A stretch of DNA of 63,875 nt, filler included, from Octopus bimaculoides (Eukaryota), in the NCBI RefSeq assembly GCF_001194135.2. It is 7 parts of 7 records of this genome, joined end to end, with 100 filler letters (N's around TTAATTAATTAA, not from the genome) between each part and the next. Parts side by side here need not be neighbours in the genome. Positions count along the whole stretch, not along the records: positions 33,408 to 56,192 come from NC_069010.1; 6 more parts are not named here. One strand, written 5' to 3'. Under the pieces are notes generated by a model, which worked only from the letters and a program-made list of their open reading frames with translations, did not search any database and had not been told where the DNA came from. The position numbers and the translations under genes are program-made. Of the stretch, positions 37,259 to 47,850 are shown piece after piece (positions within the stretch are counted from its first letter, which is position 1; the number at the start of each line of letters is the position of its first letter).

Positions 37259-37554
37259 CTGAATGTTAAAATGAGAAAGAAAAAAAAAGTGGGAGGAGCA
37301 GAGATTTTTAGTAAATTCAAGATGGAATATAACAAAAAGATAATTAAGTTTTCTGGGAAAAGAAAAAAATACTTACATTTTGAAGTCGCCAGATTTGGGT
37401 TTCTCTCGCAAAACTCTGAAATATTCAAAGAACAACAATATATATAAGCATTCGTAATGTTTGTTTAAAACATCTGATACTAACCAACTTGGACCCACCC
37501 TTAGCTCTATGATACAAACTTATTTTGAAATGATCTAAATTAAGATCTTTCATC

Positions 37555-37632
37555 AAAATTTCATGTTTATTTACATTTGACGGATATTTGTCCTCATCTT
37601 GTTTGTTAACACGTTTCAGCTGATACACCCTC
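37555..37632 (-). mobile_element. Penelope-like fragment (3' half of a hammerhead-like motif) abutting a tRNA-SINE head
   Basis: The minus strand reads GAGGGTGTATCAGCTGAAACGTGTTAACAAACAAGATGAGGAC. The CUGA half is absent, and a SINE head GGCGTAGTGGTTAAGAGCGCGGGC starts at ~37643 (+). Confidence 0.35.
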
Positions 37633-37844
37633 TACGGGCATATGGCGTAGTGGTTAAGAGCGCGGGCTACTAACTCCAAGATCGATTCTGGTTATATTGG
37701 CAATTCTGAAAACTTTCGGGTGCGAATTTTACACGAGTAGAAGCTTTTTTTAACAGTTTTTATCATGAAAATCACTTTTGTAAATTACATAGATGTACAA
37801 ATTACATGGGTTTTTACGGTATATATATATATATATATATATAT

Positions 37845-38135
37845 CATCATCATCGTTTAACGTCCGCTTTCCATGCTAGCATGGGTTGGACGATTTGACT
37901 GAGGACTGGTGAAACCAGATGGCTACACCAGGCTCCAATCTGATTTGGCAGAGTTTCTACAGTTGGATGCCCTTCCTAACGCCAACCACTCCGAGAGTGT
38001 AATGGGTGCTATTACATGCCACCGGCACGAAGGCCAATCAGGCGGTATTAGCAACGGCCACGCTCAAAATGGTGTATTTTACGTGCCACCTGCACAGGAG
38101 CCAGTCCAGCAGTATTGGCAACGAACTCGCTCCTC
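37845..38135 (-). mobile_element. RTE LINE 3'UTR fragment with (GAT)n tail
   Basis: Same sequence as the 3'UTR attached to the RTE ORF end at 40111-40939. Confidence 0.8.
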
Positions 38136-39238
38136 ATTTTAATTCATGTTCCAAACACCAGCTTAATAACAAGGTTATTTTATTAAATTCTTCTTTATAT
38201 TCAGAATTAATTGTAACAAAAAGCAGTGTGTTTCAAAGAAATATCTTAGATTATTTAACTTCCAGATCTTTTCTTCGCGATCATCATTATAACCATCATT
38301 TAACATGTTTTTCATGCTGGCATGGGTCGGGTTGGTTTTGACATGCACTGGCAAGTCAGACGATTGCACTAAGTAAGCTNNNNNNNNNNNNNNNNNNNNN
38401 NNNNNNNNNNNNNNNNNNNNNNNNNNNNNNNNNNNNNNNNNNNNNNNNNNNNNNNNNNNNNNNNNNNNNNNNNNNNNNNNNNNNNNNNNNNNNNNNNNNN
38501 NNNNNNNNNNNNNNNNNNNNNNNNNNNNNNNNNNNNNNNNNNNNNNNNNNNNNNNNNNNNNNNNNNNNNNNNNNNNNNNNNNNNNNNNNNNNNNNNNNNN
38601 NNNNNNNNNNNNNNNNNNNNNNNNNNNNNNNNNNNNNNNNNNNNNNNNNNNNNNNNNNNNNNNNNNNNNNNNNNNNNNNNNNNNNNNNNNNNNNNNNNNN
38701 NNNNNNNNNNNNNNNNNNNNNNNNNNNNNNNNNNNNNNNNNNNNNNNNNNNNNNNNNNNNNNNNNNNNNNNNNNNNNNNNNNNNNNNNNNNNNNNNNNNN
38801 NNNNNNNNNNNNNNNNNNNNNNNNNNNNNNNNNNNNNNNNNNNNNNNNNNNNNNNNNNNNNNNNNNNNNNNNNNNNNNNNNNNNNNNNNNNNNNNNNNNN
38901 NNNNNNNNNNNNNNNNNNNNNNNNNNNNNNNNNNNNNNNNNNNNNNNNNNNNNNNNNNNNNNNNNNNNNNNNNNNNNNNNNNNNNNNNNNNNNNNNNNNN
39001 NNNNNNNNNNNNNNNNNNNNNNNNNNNNNNNNNNNNNNNNNNNNNNNNNNNNNNNNNNNNNNNNNNNNNNNNNNNNNNNNNNNNNNNNNNNNNNNNNNNN
39101 NNNNNNNNNNNNNNNNNNNNNNNNNNNNNNNNNNNNNNNNNNNNNNNNNNNNNNNNNNNNNNNNNNNNNNNNNNNNNNNNNNNNNNNNNNNNNNNNNNNN
39201 NNNNNNNNNNNNNNNNNNNNNNNNNNNNNNNNNNNNNN

Positions 39239-39279
<41 letters not shown>

Positions 39280-40110
39280 CACACACATATATATAAGGAC
39301 AAGATCTGAGGATCCAAATGTAGGAAGTTTGTAAGCTCCAAACAGTCTATGGTAGGTATAGAAAACAAAAAATGGACTGTACAGTCAGGAACAATAACAA
39401 TTTATTGGCATTAAAGGTTTCACATTTTTTCCTATATCGAAGTTACGAGGAAATTCAATAAGCTGAAAGTTTCTGTGTAGCTCGGTTTCACTCCCTTCAA
39501 TTTGGATATACATACATACATACATATAAAGCCAGGAGATATGAGAGGTGAATATATATCTATTTAGCCACTTGACATCCTTAGGATTATGGTCGTTTTA
39601 CAGCCTACTTCATGTAGTAATAATTTCAATGCGTAATAAATTATGTTTACATGCTTGCATTAATATGCCAGCAATGCATTATACAATGCAATTGTATATT
39701 CACCAATCAGTGCAGGTAAGAAAGCCAGCTCATCAGATCACCACAACATCATGGTTACACCAACGATTCAACTTAGTATACATATGTAAGAACGACCGTA
39801 GTAGAAAAACACTATCACGTGACCTTATTAAGGGCTGTGATTGGTCAGTTTGCGTTCTGGCGGGAACGGTTCGAAGAAGTTGCCGCTTCGAATATTAATC
39901 AGTCACGTGATGACAAGGAGATGGGTTCTCCGCTACGCCCGCGCTTGTTTATATTTAAATGAGAAGACTGTATGTAATGGCGATAGTAGTTTTGTATCTA
40001 ATGGCGATAGGTAGTTTCACTACACATACAACAAATGGGAAGAAAATCTCAAAGCATTTAAAGTCCTCCATCAAACATACAGTGAAACGTGTTCAATACA
40101 AATACTGCAA

Positions 40111-40124
40111 ATCGTCATCATCAA

Positions 40125-40155
<31 letters not shown>

Positions 40156-40939
40156 GTTTAACGTCCGCTTTCCATGCTAGCATGGGTTGGACGATTTGAC
40201 TGAGGACTGGTGAAACCGGATGGCAAAACCAGGCTCCAATCCGATCTGGCAGAGTTTCTACAGCTGGATGCCCTTCCTAACGCCAACCACTCAGAGAGTG
40301 TAGTGGGTGCTTTTACGTGTCACCCGCACGAAAACGGCCACGCTCGAAATGGTGTCTTTTATGTGCCACCCGCACAAGAGCCAGTCCAGGGGCACTGGCA
40401 ATGATNNNNNNNNNNNNNNNNNNNNNNNNNNNNNNNNNNNNNNNNNNNNNNNNNNNNNNNNNNNNNNNNNNNNNNNNNNNNNNNNNNNNNNNNNNNNNNN
40501 NNNNNNNNNNNNNNNNNNNNNNNNNNNNNNNNNNNNNNNNNNNNNNNNNNNNNNNNNNNNNNNNNNNNNNNNNNNNNNNNNNNNNNNNNNNNNNNNNNNN
40601 NNNNNNNNNNCACTGGCAACGATCTTACTTGGCTTGCCGGGTCTTCTCACGCACAGCACATTTCCAAAGGTCTCGGTCAGTAGTCATCGCCTCGGTGAGG
40701 CCCAATGTACGAAGGTCTTGCCTCACCACCTCAGCCCAGCTCTTCCTGGGCCTACCTCTTCCACGGGTTCCCTCAACTGTTAGGGTGTGGCACTTTTTCA
40801 CGCAGCTATCCTCCTCCATTCTCACCACATGTCCATACCAGCGCAATCGTCTCTCTTGCACACCACAACTGATGCTTCTAATGTTCAGCTTTCCTCTCAA
40901 GATACTTACACTCTGACGGGTATTCACATTGACATTACA
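40111..40939 (-). mobile_element. 5'-truncated RTE LINE (ORF C-terminus + 3'UTR + (GAT)n)
   Basis: ...QERRLRWYGHVVRMEED...GRGRPRKSWAEVVRQDL..DRDLWK is a typical RTE C-terminus. There is an internal N-gap. Confidence 0.9.
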
Positions 40940-41161
40940 AATATACAACGTAAAGATGATCAGCTCTAATCCAGCCTGGTACTATGTACACATCCAGGAA
41001 CAAGACACCTGATGACGACCACAGATTAAACCAATTGAAGATGGAAATGTTGTAAATATACAGTGTAAAGATGGCTAGTTCTAACTGAGTTTGATACTTT
41101 GTACACATCAGGCAATAAAGATATCTGATGACAATAACAACAACAGAGTGACAATACTTAC

Positions 41162-41229
41162 TTCAGCAGGTTTATTGTGCTGTGAGCCAAACGTTGGACT
41201 CCGTAGACCATTGGGGCTCATTTTACTGC
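41162..41229 (-). CDS. Jade: Jade-like exon (S)SKMSPNGLRSPTFGSQHNKPAE
   Basis: tacag|GC AGT...GCT GAA|gtaagt. Phase 1 start matches the 42927 exon. NKPAE corresponds to Jade KPSE preceding VFRTDLI.AMK. Confidence 0.8.
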
Positions 41230-41713
41230 CTGTATAATAAAAAAAAACAAAAAACAAAGATGATACAGACAAGGAAAGAGGAAATGATTTTATATTTGGT
41301 ACGAAGTCAGCAATTTTAAGGGAGTTGGGGTAAGTCAAATTACTTCGACCCAGTGCTCAACTGGTATTTATTTAATCAAGACCCGAGAGATTAAAAGGCG
41401 AAGGTGACCTCTGTGGAATTTGAACTCACAACACAAGGATGGACACAGTAACAATTCTGCCAGCTTACTGCCTTAATATTAATAATAAGGACTTGAAATT
41501 TTGGAACAAGGCAAGCAATTTCAAGGAAAGGGCTAAGTTGATTATATTGATCCTAGAGCTCAACTGGTATTTATTTCATCGATCCCCCCGAAAAGGATAA
41601 AAAGCAAAGTCGACTTCAGTGGAATTTGAACTCACGACACAAAGATGGATGAAATGCTGCTAAGCATTTTGCTCAGTGCAGTAGTGATTCTGCCATCTCA
41701 TTACCTTACTACC

Positions 41714-41748
<35 letters not shown>

Positions 41749-41749
41749 C

Positions 41750-42495
41750 ACTAACGTAAAAGCACCATCCAAACATGGTCGATGCCAGCCCCCTCTGGCT
41801 CCCGTGCCGGTGCAGGGCATGTAAAGATTTCATGTGTCACCCGCACAAGAGCCAGTCCAGGGGCACTGGCAAACGATCCCGCTCGAAAGATTTCATGTGT
41901 CGCCCGCACATGAGCCAGTCCGGGGGCACTGGCAAACGATCCCGCTCGAAAGATTTCATGTGTCGCCCGCACATGAGCCAGTCCGGGGGCACTNNNNNNN
42001 NNNNNNNNNNNNNNNNNNNNNNNNNNNNNNNNNNNNNNNNNNNNNNNNNNNNNNNNNNNNNNNNNNNNNNNNNNNNNNNNNNNNNNNNNNNNNNNNNNNN
42101 NNNNNNNNNNNNNNNNNNNNNNNNNNNNNNNNNNNNNNNNNNNNNNNNNNNNNNNNNNNNNNNNNNNNNNNNNNNNNNNNNNNNNNNNNNNNNNNNNNNN
42201 NNNNNNNNNNNNNNNNNNNNNNNNNNNNNNNNNNNNNNNNNNNNNGGGGCACTGGCAAACGATCCCGCTCGAAAGATTTCATGTGTCGCCCGCACATGAG
42301 CCAGTCCGGGGGCACTGGCAAACGATCCCGCTCGAAAGATTTCATGTCTCGCCCGCACATGAGCCAGTCCGGGGGCACCGGCAACGATCTCGCTTGAAAA
42401 AAAACCCTCATGTGTCACCCGCACAAGAGCCAGTCCAGGGACACTGGCAATGATCTCGCTCGAAAGATATCATATGTCGCCCGCACATGAGCCAG
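41750..42495 (-). repeat. 63-bp minisatellite expanded within an RTE 3'UTR remnant
   Basis: The unit AAGATTTCATGTGTCGCCCGCACATGAGCCAGTCCGGGGGCACTGGCAAACGATCCCGCTCGA repeats at 63-bp spacing on both sides of a gap. It resembles ...TGCCACCCGCACAAGAGCCAGTCCAGGGGCACTGGCAATGAT in the RTE 3'UTR (~40364-40405). Confidence 0.85.
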
Positions 42496-42926
42496 ACCAT
42501 GCAAAAAATAATAAGTACTGGGGTCAATTCATTCAACTAAAAACCCTTCAAGGTGGTGCCCCAGCATGGCCAGTCAAATGACTAAAACAAGATAAAATAT
42601 AAATGCACAATACTTTAACAATTTTATTAACGCGATTCCTAATAATATTTAATTATAAAAATAGGAATTTTTTAATTATCGAATGGCTACAGGAGTCCAC
42701 CTGATTGAAATAGAAATCAAAAGGGTCAACCACTGAGCTAATTGATTAAATCAACTCCAATGCTTAAGTGGTACCTTATTTTATCAAAACCCCTACTCAT
42801 GAGAACAAACGGTAAATTCATCCCTGGTGTGATTAGAACTCAAAATGCAATGAACTGGAGGGACAACTACAATGTAGTATACCCTTTTGATTTTTTTTTT
42901 TTCCACAGCTAATAAGAATTACTTAC

Positions 42927-42989
42927 TCCGTCGATCCTCCTCTTCATCACTGCTGAGGCGCGATCGTTTATCACGAAAACATTCGTTAT
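42927..42989 (-). CDS. Jade: Jade-like exon NECFRDKRSRLSSDEEEDRR
   Basis: ttttcctcatattgcag|AT AAC...CGG A|gtaagt, phase 1/1. KRSRLSSDEEED resembles the Jade N-terminal KR.R..S..EDSDD. Confidence 0.72.
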
Positions 42990-44837
42990 CTGCAATATGA
43001 GGAAAAATAGAAAAATTAGCAAAATAAAACCGAAACATTTTTTGTTTGTTTCATAAGTGTTGCAAATCCTTGAGTTTATAACATCATAAAAGCACCTGAG
43101 CTTGATGAGACATAGCCTGTAATAGGGTCTGCGATGTTGAGAAGCCCTCTTCCCAGAGTCTCACAGTGTGACACCTTGGGCAAGTGTTTTCTATTACAGC
43201 ACCAAACCAATTAAAACACTGCAAGAGGAGATATATAGACAAACACATACATACATATATATGTGTGTGTGTGCTTGTATGGATGTGTGGTTGTATGGAT
43301 GTGTGGTAAGAAGCTTACCTCTGAACCACGTGGTTCTGGGTTCAGGAGCTGGCCAGCTGAACCATGTCTTTGCATGGTCCCTAGAGTTGGATGCCCTTCC
43401 TAATGCCAACCACTTTACAGAGTGTACACAGTGCTTTTATGCAGAACTGGCATGAGTGCCCACAAGCCTGCAAGATTAGGAATGGCTCAACTCGAGAGGG
43501 ATGCAGAGGACATGCCTATATGCAAGGACAATTTCGATTTTACTTAGCTTGATGTGTCTTCTCAAGTACAGCAAATCACCAAGGCCCTCAGTTCCCTGTC
43601 TGGCTAGCATAAAAGTGAGAGAAGTAAGAGAGAGAGAGAGAGAGAGAAAAAATAAAAGGGTCTTTTAGTTCCTAACCTGGACTTTGTTCCATCCAAAATG
43701 TTCTTTTACTGCGAATGGACATTGTGGTAAGTTGATGACGACTGAAATAAAAAATAGGAAATATTTTAATAAATATTCACAGTTCAGGATTAGAACAGTT
43801 CTATGTGAGTCTTATAAGACAGCAAAAAGAAAAGGAAAACTTTTGTGCAGGCATTCAATAAGCTTGCTCTGCAATTTGAAATCAATATTCTACCTCCGAG
43901 AGTAGGAAAAGGTGGTTTGAAGGGAGAGTCAAGTGTTCTTTTATTTCATAATGGAAATTGTTGTTGTTGGCACTCCCGTCACTTACGACATCGAGAGTTC
44001 CAGTTGATCCGATCAACGGAACAGCCTGCTCGTGAAATTAACATGCAAGCGGCTGAGCAATCAATCCACAGACACGTGTACCCGTAACGTAGTTTTTGGG
44101 GGATATTCAGCGTGACACAGTGTGACANNNNNNNNNNNNNNNNNNNNNNNNNNNNNNNNNNNNNNNNNNNNNNNNNNNNNNNNNNNNNNNNNNNNNNNNN
44201 NNNNNNNNNNNNNNNNNNNNNNNNNNNNNNNNNNNNNNNNNNNNNNNNNNNNNNNNNNNNNNNNNNNNNNNNNNNNNNNNNNNNNNNNNNNNNNNNNNNN
44301 NNNNNNNNNNNNNNNNNNNNNNNNNNNNNNNNNNNNNNNNNNNNNNNNNNNNNNNNNNNNNNNNNNNNNNNNNNNNNNNNNNNNNNNNNNNNNNNNNNNN
44401 NNNNNNNNNNNNNNNNNNNNNNNNNNNNNNNNNNNNNNNNNNNNNNNNNNNNNNNNNNNNNNNNNNNNNNNNNNNNNNNNNNNNNNNNNNNNNNNNNNNN
44501 NNNNNNNNNNNNNNNNNNNNNNNNNNNNNNNNNNNNNNNNNNNNNNNNNNNNNNNNNNNNNNNNNNNNNNNNNNNNNNNNNNNNNNNNNNNNNNNNNNNN
44601 NNNNNNNNNNNNNNNNNNNNNNNNNNNNNNNNNNNNNNNNNNNNNNNNNNNNNNNNNNNNNNNNNNNNNNNNNNNNNNNNNNNNNNNNNNNNNNNNNNNN
44701 NNNNNNNNNNNNNNNNNNNNNNNNNNNNNNNNNNNNNNNNNNNNNNNNNNNNNNNNNNNNNNNNNNNNNNNNNNNNNNNNNNNNNNNNNNNNNNNNNNNN
44801 NNNNNNNNNNNNNNNNNNNNNNNNNNNNNNNNNNNNN

Positions 44838-44987
44838 TGGTTGGCGTTAGGAAGGGCATCCAGCTGTAGAAACTCTGCCAAATCAGATTGGAGCCTGGTG
44901 TAGCCATCCGGCTTCACCAGTCCTCAGTCAAATCGTCCAACCCATGCTAGCATGGAAAGTGGACGTTAAACGATGATGATGATGATG
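44838..44987 (+). mobile_element. RTE 3' end with (GAT)n tail
   Basis: ...CCAACCCATGCTAGCATGGAAAGTGGACGTTAAACGATGATGATGAT. Confidence 0.8.
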
Positions 44988-45154
44988 TAAACAAACAAAC
45001 AAAGTTTGCTTTTAGAAGCGTTGAGATGTCTTAGAAAGTTAAAGAAGTGATTTTAAATTCTCAAACACTGGATAATGTTAATAATATAGCCTGAACAGGA
45101 TAAACTACCCCTATTTTGCAGAAAAAAGTGTTAACGGCCAACACAATTTAACTA

Positions 45155-45440
45155 GGGCGTAGGCGTGGCTGTCTGGTAAGAAGTTTACTTCCTAACCACA
45201 TCGTTCAGGGTTCAGTCTCACTGCGTGGCACCTTGGGCAAGTGTCTTCTATGGCCTTCGGCTGACCAAAGCCTTGAGTGAATTTGATAGATGGAAACTGA
45301 AAGAAGCCTGTCGTGTATATATGTGTGTGTCCTCCACTACTGCTTGGTATGTTTGCATCACCGTAAAGAGATCGATGAAGTATTACGAGCTTTAACAAAC
45401 AAGTAAAACTTTTTTCAAAGTAGTGCCCCAGTGTGGCCGC
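45155..45440 (+). mobile_element. tRNA-derived SINE (family 2)
   Basis: GGCGTAGGCGTGGCTGTCTGGTAAG...GGTTCAGTCTCACTGCGTGGCACCTTGGGCAAGTGTCTT. Confidence 0.75.
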
Positions 45441-45749
45441 ATTTTAGCGCATTTGTGTTCTATACACAAGAATTCATACCATTATGCAAACACCAAACAA
45501 AAAAATTGGGTGATTTAAGGGCAATTTAACTTATTTTTAACATAAATCACGACCAACCGATACCTTCCTCGTTTCTTTATCAATATTTTTTCTCCCCATG
45601 AACACATTTAATGGAATAATGCACTTAGTGGTGGTCCATTGCTGGGATTTAAGCAAAAAACTCGGGCCATCATTTTAATCTGACTACAAATAAATAATTT
45701 GAAAAAGAGTGGAAATTTTAGGATTTAGGGGGTGGGTATAACAATTTTT

Positions 45750-45894
45750 GGTAAATTTTCAGATTAACACCCACACGATTTTCGCTAGGGTGTTAGGGTT
45801 AGGGTTTTAGGGTCAGGGTTAAGGTTATTCCGTCCCTAACCGTAACCCTAACACCCTAGTGAAAATCGTGTGGGTGTTAATCTGAAAATTTACC
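45750..45894. mobile_element. Merlin-like MITE family A, copy 2
   Basis: Perfect TIR GGTAAATTTTCAGATTAACACCCACACGATTTTC with a TTAGGG-like core. The flanks do not give a clean TSD. Confidence 0.75.
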
Positions 45895-46488
45895 AAATTT
45901 AAAAACATTTTTGTATGAATTCCCGTGTGCTAAAAACGACAGTTAAATCACCCTTGACTCAAACACTTTGAGATTTAAAAAAAAGACTTTTTATGGCATA
46001 ATCGTATAAATCTCCATGTAGAACACAAATTCGCAAAAACTTTCTGAAAATTACAAAAAATAAAATTATGAGGAGTTATACGGGGTGCTTGAACTGGAAT
46101 TTCGCCAGCTAAATATACTAATTCAAGTAAGCATATCAGTGAAAATGATGTACAAGGTAGTTTATACAGAGGTATTTAGTTCGTGGTCTTATTGAGAATC
46201 CGAAATAAAAGCGAGACGAAATTGATAAGCAAGAACACTCGAAAAACACTAAATGATGACGGTGATGATGATGAAAACAGGGAGAGAGGAGTCGAGAACG
46301 CCTTCGTTAGGGGTTTATGTGTATAAGAAATGGAAACGGCGGTTAGAGAACCCGGGAAAAAAAAAACACACGTGGTTATGTCCCAAGGTTTGTCAGTGAC
46401 GAAGATAAAACCGCGCCATAACATTATAAGATCGTTTTGACCTCAATCAATGCAAACTGGATAATATAGGTCATGCGTTATGTTTGTC

Positions 46489-46597
46489 GGTACTACTAAA
46501 GCAGAGTGGTCCCGAACGCATGTGTTTAGGGTTAGGGTTAGGATCGACCACTCACAACTAGCTTGCGCGTTCGGGACCACTCTGCTTTAGTAGTACC
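46489..46597. mobile_element. Merlin-like MITE family B with 9-bp TSD
   Basis: TIR GGTACTACTAAAGCAGAGTGGTCCCGAACGC, TSD ATGTTTGTC (46480-46488, 46598-46606), core TTTAGGGTTAGGGTTAGGATCGACC. Confidence 0.85.
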
Positions 46598-47635
46598 ATG
46601 TTTGTCTACATACACAGACATACATATAAAAACTAACACACACACACACACACAAACAAACAAACGTCTTTTATCTTTTACTCGTTTCAAATCACCGGAC
46701 TGCGGCCATGCTGGGGCACCGCCCTAGAGAATTTGTGTTCTATACACAGGAATTCATACCATTATGCAAATACCAAACAAAAAACAATTGGGTGATTTAA
46801 GGGCAATTTAACTTATTTTTAGCATAATTCACGACCAACCGTTTCTCCCCATAAACACATACATACACACACACACATCTTTTATATTTTACTTTGTTTC
46901 AGTTACCAGACCGCGGCCATGCTGGGGCACCGCCCTAAAGAATTTTTAGGCGAACGAATAGACCCAGATACGTATTTTAAAGCCTGGTACTTATGTCAGA
47001 TTCTTTTGTCAAACCGCTGTTACAGGGAAGTAAACACACCAACATCGGTTGTCAAGCGGCGGTAAGGGACAAATATAGGAACATAGATAGATAGATAGAT
47101 AGATGGATGGATGGATGGATCATAGATAGATAGATAGACAGACGATAGGCTTCTTTCAGTTTCCATCTACACAGGTGTGGCAATATAGTTAAGAAAATCG
47201 ATATGCAGCTATGCGATTTTAGGTTTAGTACCTAAGCTTTGAAACTGCGAGGAAGACCCCGTGTAGCAAACGTGTGTGTTTTTTATGTTTGTCACTTTCA
47301 ACCCACTTGACAAACAGTCGATTAAACCCTACAAGGCGGTGCCCCAGGATGGCAGCAAGTCCAACGGCTGAAACTAGCAAAACAGGAAAGACACACATAT
47401 TTACACTAGAAAGAGACAAACACACAGATATACAAACATACCGACACATAAGATATAACAGAGACGTAGATTTACTGACCTACAAGAGACAGACGATCAG
47501 AGATCTAGACCATAGAGACATGTAGATATACAGACAGACATATATTCAAACAGTATAAGACACAGATATGCATATTTTGATGGTTAATCAACCCTCGAGT
47601 CACTAATAAGGATTATAGAGCAACAATCGGAATAC

Positions 47636-47651
47636 CTACATCTACAGCCAT
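47636..47651 (-). CDS. Jade: Tentative first coding exon of Jade-like gene (MAVDV-D)
   Basis: ATG GCT GTA GAT GTA G|gtattc. The phase-1 donor would complete GAT with the 42989 exon. It lies just downstream of a CpG-richer promoter-like patch. No homology support. Confidence 0.3.
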
Positions 47652-47779
47652 AAATCCAAAGCTATCATTTAATCCAGGCCAATGGTAGAAAGATCAAATA
47701 AGGAGCGACAAAGTTTGCCCCTTTGCAGAACGAAACACAAAAAGCGGTGACAGGAAATGATATTTAAAAAAGTAAATAA

Positions 47780-47850
47780 ATAACGCGCCATTTCCAGCCA
47801 AATGTTCGGTTACAAAGTCGGGGACCAGCTGGGGGGGAACTCCCGCCCGT
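47780..47850 (-). promoter_or_regulatory. Candidate promoter patch (YY1-like AAATGGCG, GC-box CCCGCCC)
   Basis: Short motifs in a locally CpG-containing, repeat-free stretch upstream of the Jade exons. A similar ATGGCGCGG lies at ~46411-46420. Confidence 0.25.

Noticed and set aside
37640-37690. Possible tRNA genes (also ~3280-3340, ~7780-7850, ~63220-63280)
   Set aside because: They have A/B-box-like heads but no complete cloverleaf, and they run into SINE bodies.
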